In this document: in pieces, positions 12,715 to 26,085 of the stretch
Numbering within the stretch: position 1 is the stretch's first letter
Layout: each line of letters starts with the position of its first letter
DNA from: Octopus bimaculoides
Taxonomy: Eukaryota
Assembly (NCBI RefSeq): GCF_001194135.2
Contig: NC_068995.1
Span: forward strand, 55,684,696-55,748,695
DNA: 64,000 nucleotides
Reading direction: 5' to 3'
Translations under genes and position numbers: made by a program
The notes under the pieces: generated by a model
The model's database searches: none
What the model was told of the DNA's origin: nothing
Seen by the model: the letters and a program-made list of their open reading frames with translations, nothing else

Positions 12715-13353
12715 TACATACTTTATATATATATGTATATGTATATACATGTGTGTGTGTGTACGTATTATGGTGTGTCCTAACCTTTCTTGCAATCTCA
12801 CAATCTGAACCTAGCGATAATACCTTCCTATGTATTCTCCTGGTTTTGTCTTCCTAAAACTGGAAGCTATTTTCTATTTCTAAACCTTCTCGTAACATTG
12901 CTTTTCTGAATCCTTGCAAACTAAATGCTATATTCAGTCTTTTGGAAGACAAAAAACAATAGGCAGGCAAAGGGTTAAGATGTAGTTATGAGTAAAAAAG
13001 ATTTGCATAGATAGTCAGAGGAACATTAAATACCAATTTTAGATGGAAAATATGATTTACAAGAATATACTATCGCATATTCTTTACATTATAAAACGTA
13101 GTCGTGAATTTATAGCAAATATTTACATATGCATGTGTACATGTCTGTATGTGTGTGCATCCGTGTCTGTGCACATGCAAGTGTATGTAACAAAAGAGAG
13201 AAAGGGAAAAATGAGGGCAGGATTGGGAACATGGTATCAATATGTAAATATATACATATATATAAATATATATACACACCAATAGACATTAGTCTGTCGC
13301 CAGCAATCTGTTGTGTTGATATGATGGAAATGTTTATATATATATATATATAT

Positions 13354-13429
<76 letters not shown>

Positions 13430-13787
13430 GAGAAGATCGCTTGATTACACATATACACGAGTGTTTGTGACTGGTGTATGCGACTGAATTGTTTGTGTTG
13501 TGTGTGTGCATACATGCATTTAAATATTCCAAACACTCACGTACACAAAACTCTACCACACATAAGTGTGTGGTAGAGTTTTTACCATTGTTTCTCTATA
13601 TACATGAATCTACGTATGAATATATGTATGTATGTATGTGTGTGTGTATGTAGAGACATTCAGGGGAAAACGCATTTAGAAAAGCAATCTTTTCTTTATT
13701 AATTGGATATTCTTTCAATAAACGAATTTAGAGTTTTGTCATGCATACATAAACATATATGTATGTATGTACATGCATACATACATG

Positions 13788-13839
<52 letters not shown>

Positions 13840-14539
13840 NNNNNNNNNNNNNNNNNNNNNNNNNNNNNNNNNNNNNNNNNNNNNNNNNNNNNNNNNNNNN
13901 NNNNNNNNNNNNNNNNNNNNNNNNNNNNNNNNNNNNNNNNNNNNNNNNNNNNNNNNNNNNNNNNNNNNNNNNNNNNNNNNNNNNNNNNNNNNNNNNNNNN
14001 NNNNNNNNNNNNNNNNNNNNNNNNNNNNNNNNNNNNNNNNNNNNNNNNNNNNNNNNNNNNNNNNNNNNNNNNNNNNNNNNNNNNNNNNNNNNNNNNNNNN
14101 NNNNNNNNNNNNNNNNNNNNNNNNNNNNATGTTGAGCTCAAGTAGGACAGTTTTATCTCAAAGGATGTTGGCAATTGTTTTATACTGGTTCCAATTAATT
14201 TCTTTCTCGCGCTATTTTTTGTTGCATGTCATTTTCTGCATTCGCTGAGCTTACAGATCCATTATTATACATTGATTTCGTTTTGACTAATTGTAGTGCT
14301 TTTGTTTTGAAGAGGAAAAAATATAGTTGTGCGAATTGACTGCAGTACACAACTGGTATTTATTTTATTGTTCCCGTATTTGGATTAAGAAGCAATATCT
14401 ATCACGAGAGAATTTGCACTTAAAGAGGCTAAGATAGATGACACACACATCCCCTCTACTATATTCTCAAGGCTTGGAGTTTTGTGGGGTTGGCTAGTGG
14501 TTGTCAGTCAGTGAGTTGAGCAAGGCTGTAGTGCAAGTA

Positions 14540-14881
14540 AAAAGCAAGACGGTTGTTTATATCAGTGAAGTGAGAGAATTGTAGACAGAAAATAAGTTGA
14601 TGTTCTTTGTGTAACCTGGAGGCGGTTTATCCAAGGTAAAATGACACAGCATACAGAGAGTGGTAGGTAACTATGCCAAGGAGAATTAAAACGCTGGACA
14701 ATGGATTGAAGGTGGGGGCAGTATAATTCAGTGGAAGGAAAAGTTCTCGGAATAGCCCTCTGAATCGATCTGTCAGTCATCGACCTTATTTTTTCAGTAT
14801 GTCACTTACTGCGTAGAAGGTATTTTACGCAGTAAAAGTGTGCGCGTGTGTGTGTGTGTGTGTGTGTGTGTNNNNNNNNNN

Positions 14882-14937
<56 letters not shown>

Positions 14938-15125
14938 CGCGTGCGTACGTGTAGTACAAGTGAAGAAGTCACTGAGGGGAACAGACAGGTCAGTCTGTGT
15001 CGGGAGGTGATATTTTGTATGAAGGGAGAGATGTTGCAATGGGTGTGGTGTGGATCAGAGACATTCCGAGAAAGTATGGGAGAAATGGCAGGATCAGATA
15101 AATAGAGAGGGAAATGCAGTCGCAT
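14540..15125 (-). mobile_element. Decayed Penelope-like element (Neptune-type) linker + GIY-YIG endonuclease region, split by a (CA)n array and gap
   Basis: Across frameshifts the minus strand gives LSDPAIS..., HCNISPFIQNIT, SDFFTCTT, FYCVKYLLRSK...RSMTDR, and EHQLIFCL...DINNRLAF. These correspond in order to PLE motifs LQSDP, C-x-x-CP-x-I, FTC-x-S, IYCI-x-C...YIGET-x-R-x-L-x-DR, and E-x-x-LIF-x-L...GIN-x-x-F. Confidence 0.7.
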
Positions 15126-15323
15126 GGAGGACTAAACAGGAAAGTTTGTCCGATGGTAGGTGAGAGGAAAGAGAAGGTAAGATAAAGTATCTGTCATGTA
15201 CTGTGATCGGTGTAATATTGCTCGGGATTCTTCTGACGATATAATTACATGAACAAATTGAAAAGACGTCAACGCTTGGGTTAAATTGAAAAAGCGTATA
15301 TCTTAGGTCAGCTCACTTTATAT

Positions 15324-15367
15324 CTCATTACTCAGAGTTTCATACTCGGAAGTAATCTTCAGATGAA
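15324..15367 (-). ncRNA. Type-I hammerhead ribozyme-like motif (non-canonical 10.1-11.1 pair)
   Basis: Minus strand: ttcat CTGAAGA t TACT tccg AGTA t GAAA CTC t GAG TA atgag. Stem I 5 bp, stem II 4 bp with UCCG loop, stem III ACUC/GAGU, GUA triplet. Confidence 0.55.
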
Positions 15368-16344
15368 GATATTTACTGATGAGAGCTCCAGTACAGCCGG
15401 ATGTTTTACATATTTCTATATGTATGTACGTATTTTTGTATGTCTGTGGTACATATATATGTGTGTGTGTGCGCGCGCGGGGGGTGTACAAATATATGTG
15501 TATATATATGTATATAAATATATGTATATAAATATATGCATATAAATACATATATATATATATGCATATACATATCTATATACATACATGTATATACATA
15601 GGAATTTACATATACGTATATATTCATACACATACATATGTATGTATGGATGTATGTATGCATGTGTGTATGTGTGTATGTATGCGCGTGTGTATGTATG
15701 ATGTATGCACACTTTTGTTGGTGTATATTTAAACATGCATACATTAGACTATTCTCTTTCATTGAAAGCTATATTAAAAGATGTCTTCTCTCCACCCACT
15801 GAAGAGTAAGATGGCGTGTTGCCAGTACGGCTAACAAGTAGCCAATGGCAGTCGTGTGATGAAATCAATTACTGGACAAGTGCCGGAAACACAGGAATTA
15901 CTGGGGACAGACAAACTGGAATGTATGTAGACATCGAATTGATCGGACTCTTGCAATTCGGAGATGTATTTTTGGACAGATCAACAAATAGCGTGAATGG
16001 ACATTAGCAAAAGATCACTTATTGAGAGGACACTGTTATTAACTTGGGATGATAAATGCAGAGAAAGAGTATGAATGAGTGAGTGAGTGAGTGAGTGAGT
16101 GAGTGAGTTTGAGTGAGTGAGTTTGAGTGAGTGAGTGAGTGAGTGGGTGGGTGTGAGGTAGAGCAAGTGAGTTGATGAATTCATGTTTGGTATAAAAAAA
16201 AATTGATGGATGTTGTTTAAGGTTAAATATAACAACCTGTTACTATAATTCTTTACTGGAATTTTCAATCGAATTAAAAAGACTCGGAGATTATTGCAGC
16301 CATTATTAATCCACAATGGTTCGTGAAATATGTGTCTCTGTGTG

Positions 16345-16419
<75 letters not shown>

Positions 16420-16534
16420 ATGTGTGTGTGCCTGCGTGTCTGCTTGTGCGTTGAGAGTAGAGATGTGTTGGACGCTGTGGAAAATCTTGTCTGTTGGAAT
16501 GCAATATATGATTGACATATTGTTCAAAAAAATC

Positions 16535-16731
16535 TCCTTTCCTACTAAAAGTACAAGGTCTGGAAATTGTGGAGAGGGGCTGATCGATTACATCGACCTC
16601 TGTACATGACTAGACTGTAACTTATTTTATCGACCCTAATAGGGTGAAATGCAAAGTCGACTTCCGCAGCATCTGAACTCAGGATGTTGAGCCGGAAAAA
16701 TGTCACTAAGTATTTTGTCCGGCGCGCTAAG
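16535..16731 (-). mobile_element. SINE family A, degenerate
   Basis: Homologous to 8601-8812. Confidence 0.7.
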
Positions 16732-16764
16732 ATGCCTTAATATAGTTCAAAATATTTGTAAACG

Positions 16765-16966
16765 ATCCAGCAAGGGAACTTCCCAGTGTTCGCTCGACTT
16801 GTTAGACACGGCAGTGAAATTCCCCTTAAACGATACCCTTATTCACTTAAATTTAAAATACATTGCATAGTGTTGTCCAAGATACACGGAACATGCAAAT
16901 TAAGCTAGGATTATCATGGACTGATTGCATCTATAAAGCCTGGCCTGGGGTTAAAGTACAACAAAA
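16765..16966 (+). mobile_element. SINE-like family C, degenerate
   Basis: cgctcgacttgttagacacggcagtgaaattccc...acattgcatagtgttgtccaagatacac...cctggggttaaagtacaacaaaa; same layout as 54772-55020. Confidence 0.55.
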
Positions 16967-17211
16967 ATTGTGAATAGTTTGGGATTTTAATCATTTATTT
17001 TCGACTGTTTATCGTGTAGAGTTGACGAGTCTGGGAAGTTAAAATCGAATTGAATGTCTGTATAAATTATGTCAGGGAATGTGGGTCGCTCTCAGTAATT
17101 AAGGAGCTGGTTTAATTTCCTGCCAGGTTTTACCCTTGGAAACTGAGTTCATTTTTTGCTGCTGGTACTATTTATGTTTGTTAGTGTTGCTTTTTTTTCG
17201 ATTAACTAGCA

Positions 17212-17214
<3 letters not shown>

Positions 17215-17298
<84 letters not shown>
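17215..17298. repeat. (CT)n microsatellite
   Basis: Directly visible pure CT array. Confidence 0.95.
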
Positions 17299-17300
<2 letters not shown>

Positions 17301-17650
17301 GTGTGACGGGAAAAGTGGCACTGTCAGGCTTAGACACATTTTCTATCCAGCAGTAAATTGCTAGTTCAGTTGGTGAAATTCGAGTTATTAATGGCGGACT
17401 GTCAACCTCGAACGATTGTACGAATGATTTGTATCGCTCAAATTCTGGCTTACATTTTTAATACGTAGTTTTTCTTTTAGTTTTGCACTTTTGACAGTTA
17501 AGAAGACAAGAGGTAAGCGATCCTTAAAAGAGTCTTAAGAAGGACAAAACTAATTCGTTCTATCCTAACAGTAAACTACCGAAAGAGTTGTGACTTAATC
17601 ACGTGTCTGACTTCCACAGTCAGATTAAACGTATGATTATTTAGCTTTGA

Positions 17651-17681
<31 letters not shown>

Positions 17682-18277
17682 TAGCATCCAACAGTGTATC
17701 TGGAATACACGTACTCGAAACAGTAAAACAATGAAACAAAATTAGAGTCTAGATTCTGTTATATTTAGAACTTTGTCCACACAACCTAACCAACAACCTA
17801 TCCTCAAACATGAAAAGGAAGTTATCTCGTAGACCAGGATGTGGATGAACGAGCGTACCTATAACAACGTATTTCCTTTGAGAATATAGAGATCTTTTGT
17901 GTCTAAAAGTTCTCGATTAAAGCATATAAGCAACGTCTTAAATAACTAACTAGTGTCTCTTTATTACTAAACCAGTTTCTACCTGTCTGAGTGGAAATCA
18001 ATTCTTTCCTGGCGTTCTTACAAAAACAGTAGACGAAGATATCTTGATAAAACTGCTTCTGCATTTAACATTATTCAAAACCATATTTTTCTAGAAAGAA
18101 ATCAACAAGGACACCATGGAATATTATTTCAAATGTTGTGTTTGTTTGTTGACTATATATCTTTTAAACACGCACGTAAAATGTCCGTAATGCGAATTAT
18201 AGATAATAGCGGTTTCTGCTAATTGCGTTTATATTTAACCAGTTATTAAATATGCTAAACTAGTTATGAATAAGTAC

Positions 18278-18362
<85 letters not shown>

Positions 18363-18468
18363 TATATATTCTAAGCGAAGTGTCGCAGTGACCTAACTGG
18401 TAAAAGGTCACAATGTCTGGAACAGCCGGTTGAAATGTCGGCCCCTAATTCATCCCGTTCTTTATATA

Positions 18469-18480
18469 CTACTACTAGTG

Positions 18481-18530
<50 letters not shown>
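18469..18530. repeat. (TAG)n microsatellite
   Basis: Directly visible; abuts a SINE A head. Confidence 0.95.
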
Positions 18531-18531
<1 letters not shown>

Positions 18532-18535
18532 TCAA

Positions 18536-18666
18536 GGCGGCAAGCTGGCAGAATCGTTACCGTGTCGGATAAAATGCTTAACGGTATTTCGTCCGTCTTT
18601 ATATTCTGAGTGCAAATTCCACCGAGGCTGACCCCTTTTGAGATCGATATAATAAGTACCAGTTGA
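18536..18666 (+). mobile_element. SINE family A, 5' part
   Basis: ggcggcaagctggcagaatcgttaccgtgtcggataaaatgcttaacggtatttcgtcc...ctgagtgcaaattccaccgagg...aataagtaccagttg. Confidence 0.8.
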
Positions 18667-20086
18667 CTGGATTCTCTTGAGTTCCTTTGTCCTTTGCCAA
18701 GTTTTGTTTTTTTATCCCGCGGTCTGTTCAAAAGATCGGTCTCCTCAGTGGGGTTGCCGGTTTTGTCGTCGAAGTGGAGTCTTCGAGGTAAGGCGGTCTA
18801 TATAAACCTTCACGGAATCTCTGAGATTAATTGAAAGGAAGATGCCTTCAACCTGGAGACTTAGCCCGAATGATTGCGACAGAGTGGCTCCCATAAAAGG
18901 TACCTAAATTACAAAAGGGTCGTGTTAGAGTGGGTGATCGATTAAGCTTACCACTAAAGTAGGCCACGGCGAGATTTGAACTGACAAGATCGCGCAAAAC
19001 GCCCGAACCAATACAGTAAAGCATTCTGTCTGGTTTTCTTACAGTTCCACTAATCCACGACTCTGGATCGCTACTTCTTTTTATCGAACCGAAAAGAATG
19101 AAAGACTAATTTGACCTCGGTGGTATTTGAACTCAAAGCACTGCGATGTATTCTATCCGACACTCTAACAATTCCGCAAATTCGTTGCCTACACTATCGA
19201 CATTAGACAATTTCCTCGGAAAAGATTAATAAACATTCCCCATTTTAGTCTACAAAGCTTAACATTGAGACTCGTAGATTTATGCAAAATGAATATTATA
19301 GTGTCGCAGCATCAATGTCATTCGTTCGATTGATTACAAATTTGATTTGAAACTACCGAGTAGTGAGCTTCGGCGTCTTTGCGGCATTTATTCCGATACA
19401 GGCTCGAAAACTGCGACTCACGTGGATGGGGAAATAGGCAGTTATGACAATCGTGCCCTTCCCAACGGCAATACGAACGTAATTCAATCAAAAATGATTA
19501 TAACCAGAAATGAAAGCTGATTTGCTATTCCGCAAGCCGGGAGACTACTTTCAAACTATTTGCAAGCCTTTAATTTAACTCTTTGAAGTCAAAATGATCC
19601 GCTTTGAGCAGATGGTTATAAGCACTTCAGTTGATTTAATAAAGATTTCATCCATCCTGATTGAAACAATATTCTCGTGTACGTTAGAAAAAAAAATGAA
19701 AGGTTTATTGTTATCTCTCGGCATATCGTTCATAGAAAGAGCAGCTTCATACACATTGTTGAAAACTGTATTTAGACGATGTATATAAAGAAAAAAGAAG
19801 TTATTTTCAATTCTCTGAATGGATTCTCGCATCTGAATTTTCTTATTTAGAGATTTACGATTTACTTTCTTTCACACGTTATATTTTATTTTCAACCTTT
19901 CTCCACCTCGGAATGTTGATCGTTTTCGTGTACCGTTGATTACTTGAAACAGGATAGTCGTCAGATTACGACTATGGTAACCATTGTGTCTATCATCATC
20001 ATCATCGTCGTCGTCGTCGTCATTGTTGGTTACTGTTATCGTTAATTCCTTGCCTTTTGCTTTGATTCTGCTCTGTTTTTGCTGCT

Positions 20087-20167
<81 letters not shown>

Positions 20168-20375
20168 NNNNNNNNNNNNNNNNNNNNNNNNNNNNNNNNN
20201 NNNNNNNNNNNNNNNNNNNNNNNNNNNNNNNNNNNNNNNNNNNNNNNNNNNNNNNNNNNNNNNNNNNNNNNNNNNNNNNNNNNNNNNNNNNNNNNNNNNN
20301 NNNNNNNNNNNNNNNNNNNNNNNNNNNNNNNNNNNNNNNNNNNNNNNNNNNNNNNNNNNNNNNNNNNNNNNNNNN

Positions 20376-20417
<42 letters not shown>

Positions 20418-22628
20418 CTTCCTTTTAGTTTTTTTTTTCCTTTGGGATGTAATAACTTTTGCAGGTGTCTTAAAACGTGATCCAAGGTGGAAACAATGAC
20501 GATGTCTCTAGGCGGTGGCTCACACTGCTAGATATAACAGTCAAATCTGCTTCAAATCACACACTATGGTATAAATTCCCCGCTTCTACAATTCCTGAAC
20601 CAAGACAAATAGGTAACAATTTGATTGCAAGTCTACTTTGTCCCGGTCTTGCTTATGCCCACACAACAACAATAGCTACAGCAACAGCAGCAGCAGCAGT
20701 AGCAGCAGTAGTGGTAGCAGTAAGCAACAGTAACGCGATTTAGTAAACAGCAATAGTCTCTTCAACGGAGCATTCAGCCTTTTTTCTCTCCGAAATATTT
20801 TCATAAGTTTGGTCTGATATCCATGCTTATTTTCAAACTAAAAGTTAATCCTAGTTTCCTAAGCTCTGAATGACATAAAGCTCTTCTCTCTTTAGTCCCA
20901 AGTCACTCTGGTGGTTTAAAAAAAGATGGTAATCTGTGTTATATGTGTCACATGAACGCCGGAGAAATGTATCCTACGCATCGCATAGACCGGGACAGAC
21001 AAACAGTTCGGTATTCAGAAAGTAACTAGATTAAAATATAATAATTAAGTTAATTGGAAATATACAATAAGCAAAAGTCATTTGAAAATAGTTATGCGGT
21101 GAGGAAAAGACATACATTAGTTCAATGACTAAATTTATTTCGATGAATTCGACAAGAAAGGATAACATTTCTGGACATGTTTCGCTGTAACTAGACCACT
21201 TCATTGATCTAATGTTGCCTTTTCCTTACCATATAATTAATTTTTATTAGCTTTTAATACTCATGACATGTAAAACACTATTTAAGTATTATTTTTCACG
21301 AAGATGGCGTGGCTTTTTGCTTCTTTTTTTTTTAATATCATGCGGTGGTTTATTGATTAAAATACAGTTTTACTTGTTTCAGGCCTGGCTATTCCCGGAG
21401 TTGCGACTTGTTGTGCTCCGGAAAGAGCGGCAGTACGAGCAGCCATTGTCTTAACAGTTGCAGCTGTTGTGTCTGCTCCTACAGCTGTCAGTCACCTTCT
21501 CTTTTCTTCTCTTCAGCCTCTTCTGTCAAGCAGAAGACCTTTAAATGGTCCTTACTACCGCATGTGTAGCGACTGGGCCTTCTATCATACCTCACCAATC
21601 CGTTAGACTTTCTCCTCCCTCACGGGCAAAACTCTAGGATTAGCTTGTGGTCTTTGGGGATCATTAGGAACTAAATAACTATGTGTGCTCCAACCAACTA
21701 CCTTCACACTCAGTACTTTATTTTATTAAACATGAAAGGATTATAGACAAAATCGATTCGGAGGTTTTTAATTCAGAACGCAAAGAAATGCCGCTTAGAA
21801 TTTTATGTGGCGTGCAAATGATGTTGCTAGCTCACTGTCTTAACCCCAAATAATAATAGAGATATCTTGCACAGGGCCACAAATTTATGAAGGACTGGCT
21901 GATCAGTAATCAGACCTGAGTACGTGTCTGGGACTTTAGTTTTGTAGATTGTCCAAGTTAAATAAATTGACCGTGAATATAGTACTTGGCCTTACTAAGA
22001 TATGAACTGCCGAACCCCTGATTTATTTTCCAGTAACCCATCATTATGAAGAGCTATTTCTAGCACAATCATTCACAATGACACAAATTTGAAAATAGAG
22101 ACCCAAGTACTTGACCGGCTCTTATTTTACCCACACCAGAAAGCTAATAGTCACGATCAACCTCGATAAGATTTGAACTCAAACTATGAAGGTCCTGTAT
22201 CTGAATACCGTAAAGCATTGTGTTCGACGCTTTACCGATTCTGCCAATCCACTTAATATTAATAATATAGCAAACGCTGCGATATTAATATTTATATCGC
22301 CTATGTTTCTAATATTTATTCTACTTCCCCTACAACAGAGTTCTAATTTAAACAGCACCAACTCCAAATTTGCAGCAATGCAGTCAATTCACTGTTTATA
22401 GATGCCCTCAGCCAGATTTAATCAAACAGAAAGTCCTATCCGTCAAGCAGACGATTAATCGATAGATATCGTCCACCATGACACAAGCTTACTGACTTAC
22501 AGTTTTGAAAACGTCCTACACTTGTTCGTTAGAATGAAACGCAGTAGATTCACCAAATTACTGCAGCAATTATCCATTGAAATATTTCCACGAGTAACTT
22601 TTATATAATTCAATTCGGTTATTTTATA

Positions 22629-22697
<69 letters not shown>

Positions 22698-23037
22698 TTT
22701 CTTTTTAATCTTCATTTTTCAGTTGATTACAAAAATATTGTTTCGTCTCGTTTANNNNNNNNNNNNNNNNNNNNNNNNNNNNNNNNNNNNNNNNNNNNNN
22801 NNNNNNNNNNNNNNNNNNNNNNNNNNNNNNNNNNNNNNNNNNNNNNNNNNNNNNNNNNNNNNNNNNNNNNNNNNNNNNNNNNNNNNNNNNNNNNNNNNNN
22901 NNNNNNNNNNNNNNNNNNNNNNNNNNNNNNNNNNNNNNNNNNNNNNNNNNNNNNNNNNNNNNNNNNNNNNNNNNNNNNNNNNNNNNNNNNNNNNNNNNNN
23001 NNNNNNNNNNNNNNNNNNNNNNNNNNNNNNNNNNNNN

Positions 23038-23101
<64 letters not shown>

Positions 23102-23210
23102 ACTCTCCCTCTCTCTATTTCTTTTCCAGTACTTTCTCTGCCACACCCTCTCTCTCTATTTTTCTGTCTCTCTTTATCTCTCTCTTTCTCCCTGTCACCC
23201 CTTTCTCCTT

Positions 23211-23243
<33 letters not shown>

Positions 23244-24770
23244 TATCTGTCGTGCGATCTCAGTGCATATCTATATATATGTGTGTGTGCATGGTTGTAT
23301 CTATATACATGTGTGTGCACGCGTGTGTTTGTGTGTATTTGTGTATGCTTAATATGTATATGTATGCATTTATGTATGTATGTACGTATGTATCTATGTA
23401 AGTGTAAACATGCTGTATCTATTCAGTGTTTTTTACCTCCACCAGAAATATGCATTCAAATAAATCGCCTTCAAGAACTGTTCTAGGCTGATATGAACAC
23501 AATAAAGTTATTTTGGACAGAAATTTGTACTGGATAATAATATTTTTCCCGTCTATGTTTTCTTTTGAGAGGTTAATAGAGCGAAAGCTTCTGCTTCGAA
23601 TGAGAATTGAAACCTTGTGCCATTCATCCCATATTGGGTGTGTAACAAGAGATAGACAAAGGCCGTTGTCCCCGGACACAAAATTTCCTCTCGCCAATTG
23701 TCCTGTTAACTAACGCTATGACATTATGTGTGTCTTTGACTTCGGACACTGAACATACTTGCCAGGAAACAATGCATAAATTTAACTACTTTAACTCGGC
23801 ATTTTCTGCGAGTAGTTGACTTCATTTAACGACGGAAATTTGAATGAGTGCCCGGAGCTGGCATTCTTTTACTTCTTGGGGTCAAGAGTCAGAGTGTTTA
23901 TAATGTTTAATTCCACTCCTTTCCGGCCTCATTTCTGCTGATGATTGTGAAGGAAATGGAGAGTCCCCTTAATTTTCAGCTCAGAGTGTAGTGGGGAGGG
24001 CTTACATCATCTAACTCCCACCCCCTTTCTCAACCTCAAACACTCGACCCCTAGCGTACTCCTAGTTCCTATAACCTATTTCCATTGTTGCCTATATTGT
24101 AATTAATAGGCAGCAACAGAAATATATCTTTTTAAATTGGCCGCAATTATTTCAAATGCCTAATTTGAACACCGAACAGGGGGCATTGCTGTAGAAAAGG
24201 GGAAGCTTAGTATTCTTCACTATTCCGTTGTTTAAATTCTACTGGAGGTTGGCTTTACATCTAAATTTTCCGAATGTACAAAAACAAACAGTATCTGTAG
24301 GATACTGTAATTGATTTAATCGACAATAATCATTTTCCCAACAAAAATTTGTTTCATAGTCAGGGGGAAAAAATTAATCAATGAATATGAAATATTCTTT
24401 GCAGACGCAGGCAGAATTTTGCGGGTAGAAAGGGAGCGCTAATTTGTTTCCAACCAAATTAAATAGTGCGCTGAGAGCAAATGAACCGTGGTGCCGCTTT
24501 ATCGATGCAAATTACCATAACAAACATAAATAAATCATATGTGAATAGAATTCTATCTATTTGGTGCAAATCAGTAGAAAAATGGGCTGAGTTTAAAGGA
24601 TTTACGCCAACTAGATCGTTGTTGCCTCTTTCAAAATTCAAATACCACAACATTTCAGGGAAGTGCTGAAGACATTTTATGTTCTACGTTCAAATCCAGC
24701 TAGCGTTGATTTTGCTCCATAATCAGTAGAATAGCAAGTGTTGTTTTTGTTTAACCACAGGTATCTTTTT

Positions 24771-24861
<91 letters not shown>

Positions 24862-25396
24862 ATTTCTTTCTATATGTGTATATTTCTACGCGCGTGCGTG
24901 TGCATATGCTTCTGTAAGTGTGTATGTGGGTAATGTGTGAGCATGCGTGTCTTTGCTTCCAGCACCAGAAAGTATTGACGCCAAAACAGGCTGAATGTCT
25001 GGTCAGCTGCGTCAATTCCTCGACACCCAAACAGCTGTGCCCAATCGTCTTACAGCAGTGTTTTATTCGTAGCTGTACATATCAGTGGTCGTATAACTGG
25101 TAGAGCAGCCAGTAACAAGGTTCCCCATTGCGAAACGATTAATTAACTTTCAAAGGTTAACGATACATAGATCGAGATAATCCTATTGCACCGCTTGTTG
25201 TGCGAATTCCCTATCCCAATGGCAAATTAAGGACTGATTCGACTCAGCGGACATAAAGAAAACCTCCTGAATAAATAAACAATGGCATTCCAAATACAAG
25301 TAAACATTTAAAAGTTAAAGTCCTTATATCATGGCATGGATAGTTGAATGGAAGACGAGGTGTTCTTTAAAATATGCAGCGCAGAACCATTTACAA

Positions 25397-25630
25397 GGCA
25401 GTGAGCTGGCAGAACCGTTAGCACGCCGGGCGAAATGCTGAGCGGTATTTCGTCTGCCGTTACGTTCTGAGATCAAATTCCGCTGACGTCGACTTTACCT
25501 TTCATCCTTTCGGGGTCGATAAATTAAGCACCAGTTACGCACTGGGGTCGATGTAATCGACTTAATCCCTCTGTCTGTCCTTGTTTGTCCCCTCTCTGTT
25601 TACCCCCTTGTGGGCAATAAAGAAATAAGG
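25397..25630 (+). mobile_element. SINE family A, best-preserved copy (tRNA-like head; possibly of the octopus OK/OR SINE group)
   Basis: A-box-like TGGCAGAACCGTT, B-box-like GAGATCAAATTCC, body cctttcatcctttcggggtcgataaattaagcaccag, A-rich end. More than ten related copies in the window. Family name not verified. Confidence 0.85.
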
Positions 25631-25734
25631 AACATTAGCACGTCGGATGAAATGCTTAGCGGTATTTCGTCGACCAATCGTTAATGTTCGTTAATGCTCG
25701 TTACTGCTTGATAACAACAAACATGTTGTTAATA

Positions 25735-26085
25735 CTCAATAACGGGCATCAGATCTGATCGTAGGCACATGGTAACAAACAACAGAACTGATTGTGCATA
25801 CTATTAACAACATTTCTGATAATGGTTATTCAACAACAGCTAAGATATCTGAACTTGTATGCACAACAATAGCAAACAGGTCTGGTGAATATTCAATAGC
25901 AACTGAGAGATCTGGTCGAGGAAATTTACTTTAGAACAAACAGATCCGTTGTGGATGTTCAATAACGACAGACTCATTGTAAATATTCAAAAACAACACA
26001 TCTGGTCGGGGATAATCGGCAAACAGATCTGATTGTGGATACTCAGTAACAACAAATCGATCTCATTTTGGATACTCAACAGCAA
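25735..26085 (+). repeat. Degenerate minisatellite, ~28-34 bp units, ~10-11 copies
   Basis: Recurring core AACAGATCTGATTGTGGATACTCAA(T/C)AAC, e.g. at ~26021-26050, ~25936-25965, ~25781-25808. Confidence 0.7.

Noticed and set aside
18752-18790. 39-nt micro-exon candidate (CAG|...GAG|GTAAGG)
   Set aside because: All three frames are open, with no homology or in-phase partner exon; insufficient support.
19302-19520. Open frame (...LPSSELRRLCGIYSDTGSK...)
   Set aside because: No start codon context, splice signals or recognisable homology.
25735-26085. CRISPR-like array
   Set aside because: Units are diverged and contiguous with no unique spacers, no cas genes, and the context is eukaryotic.
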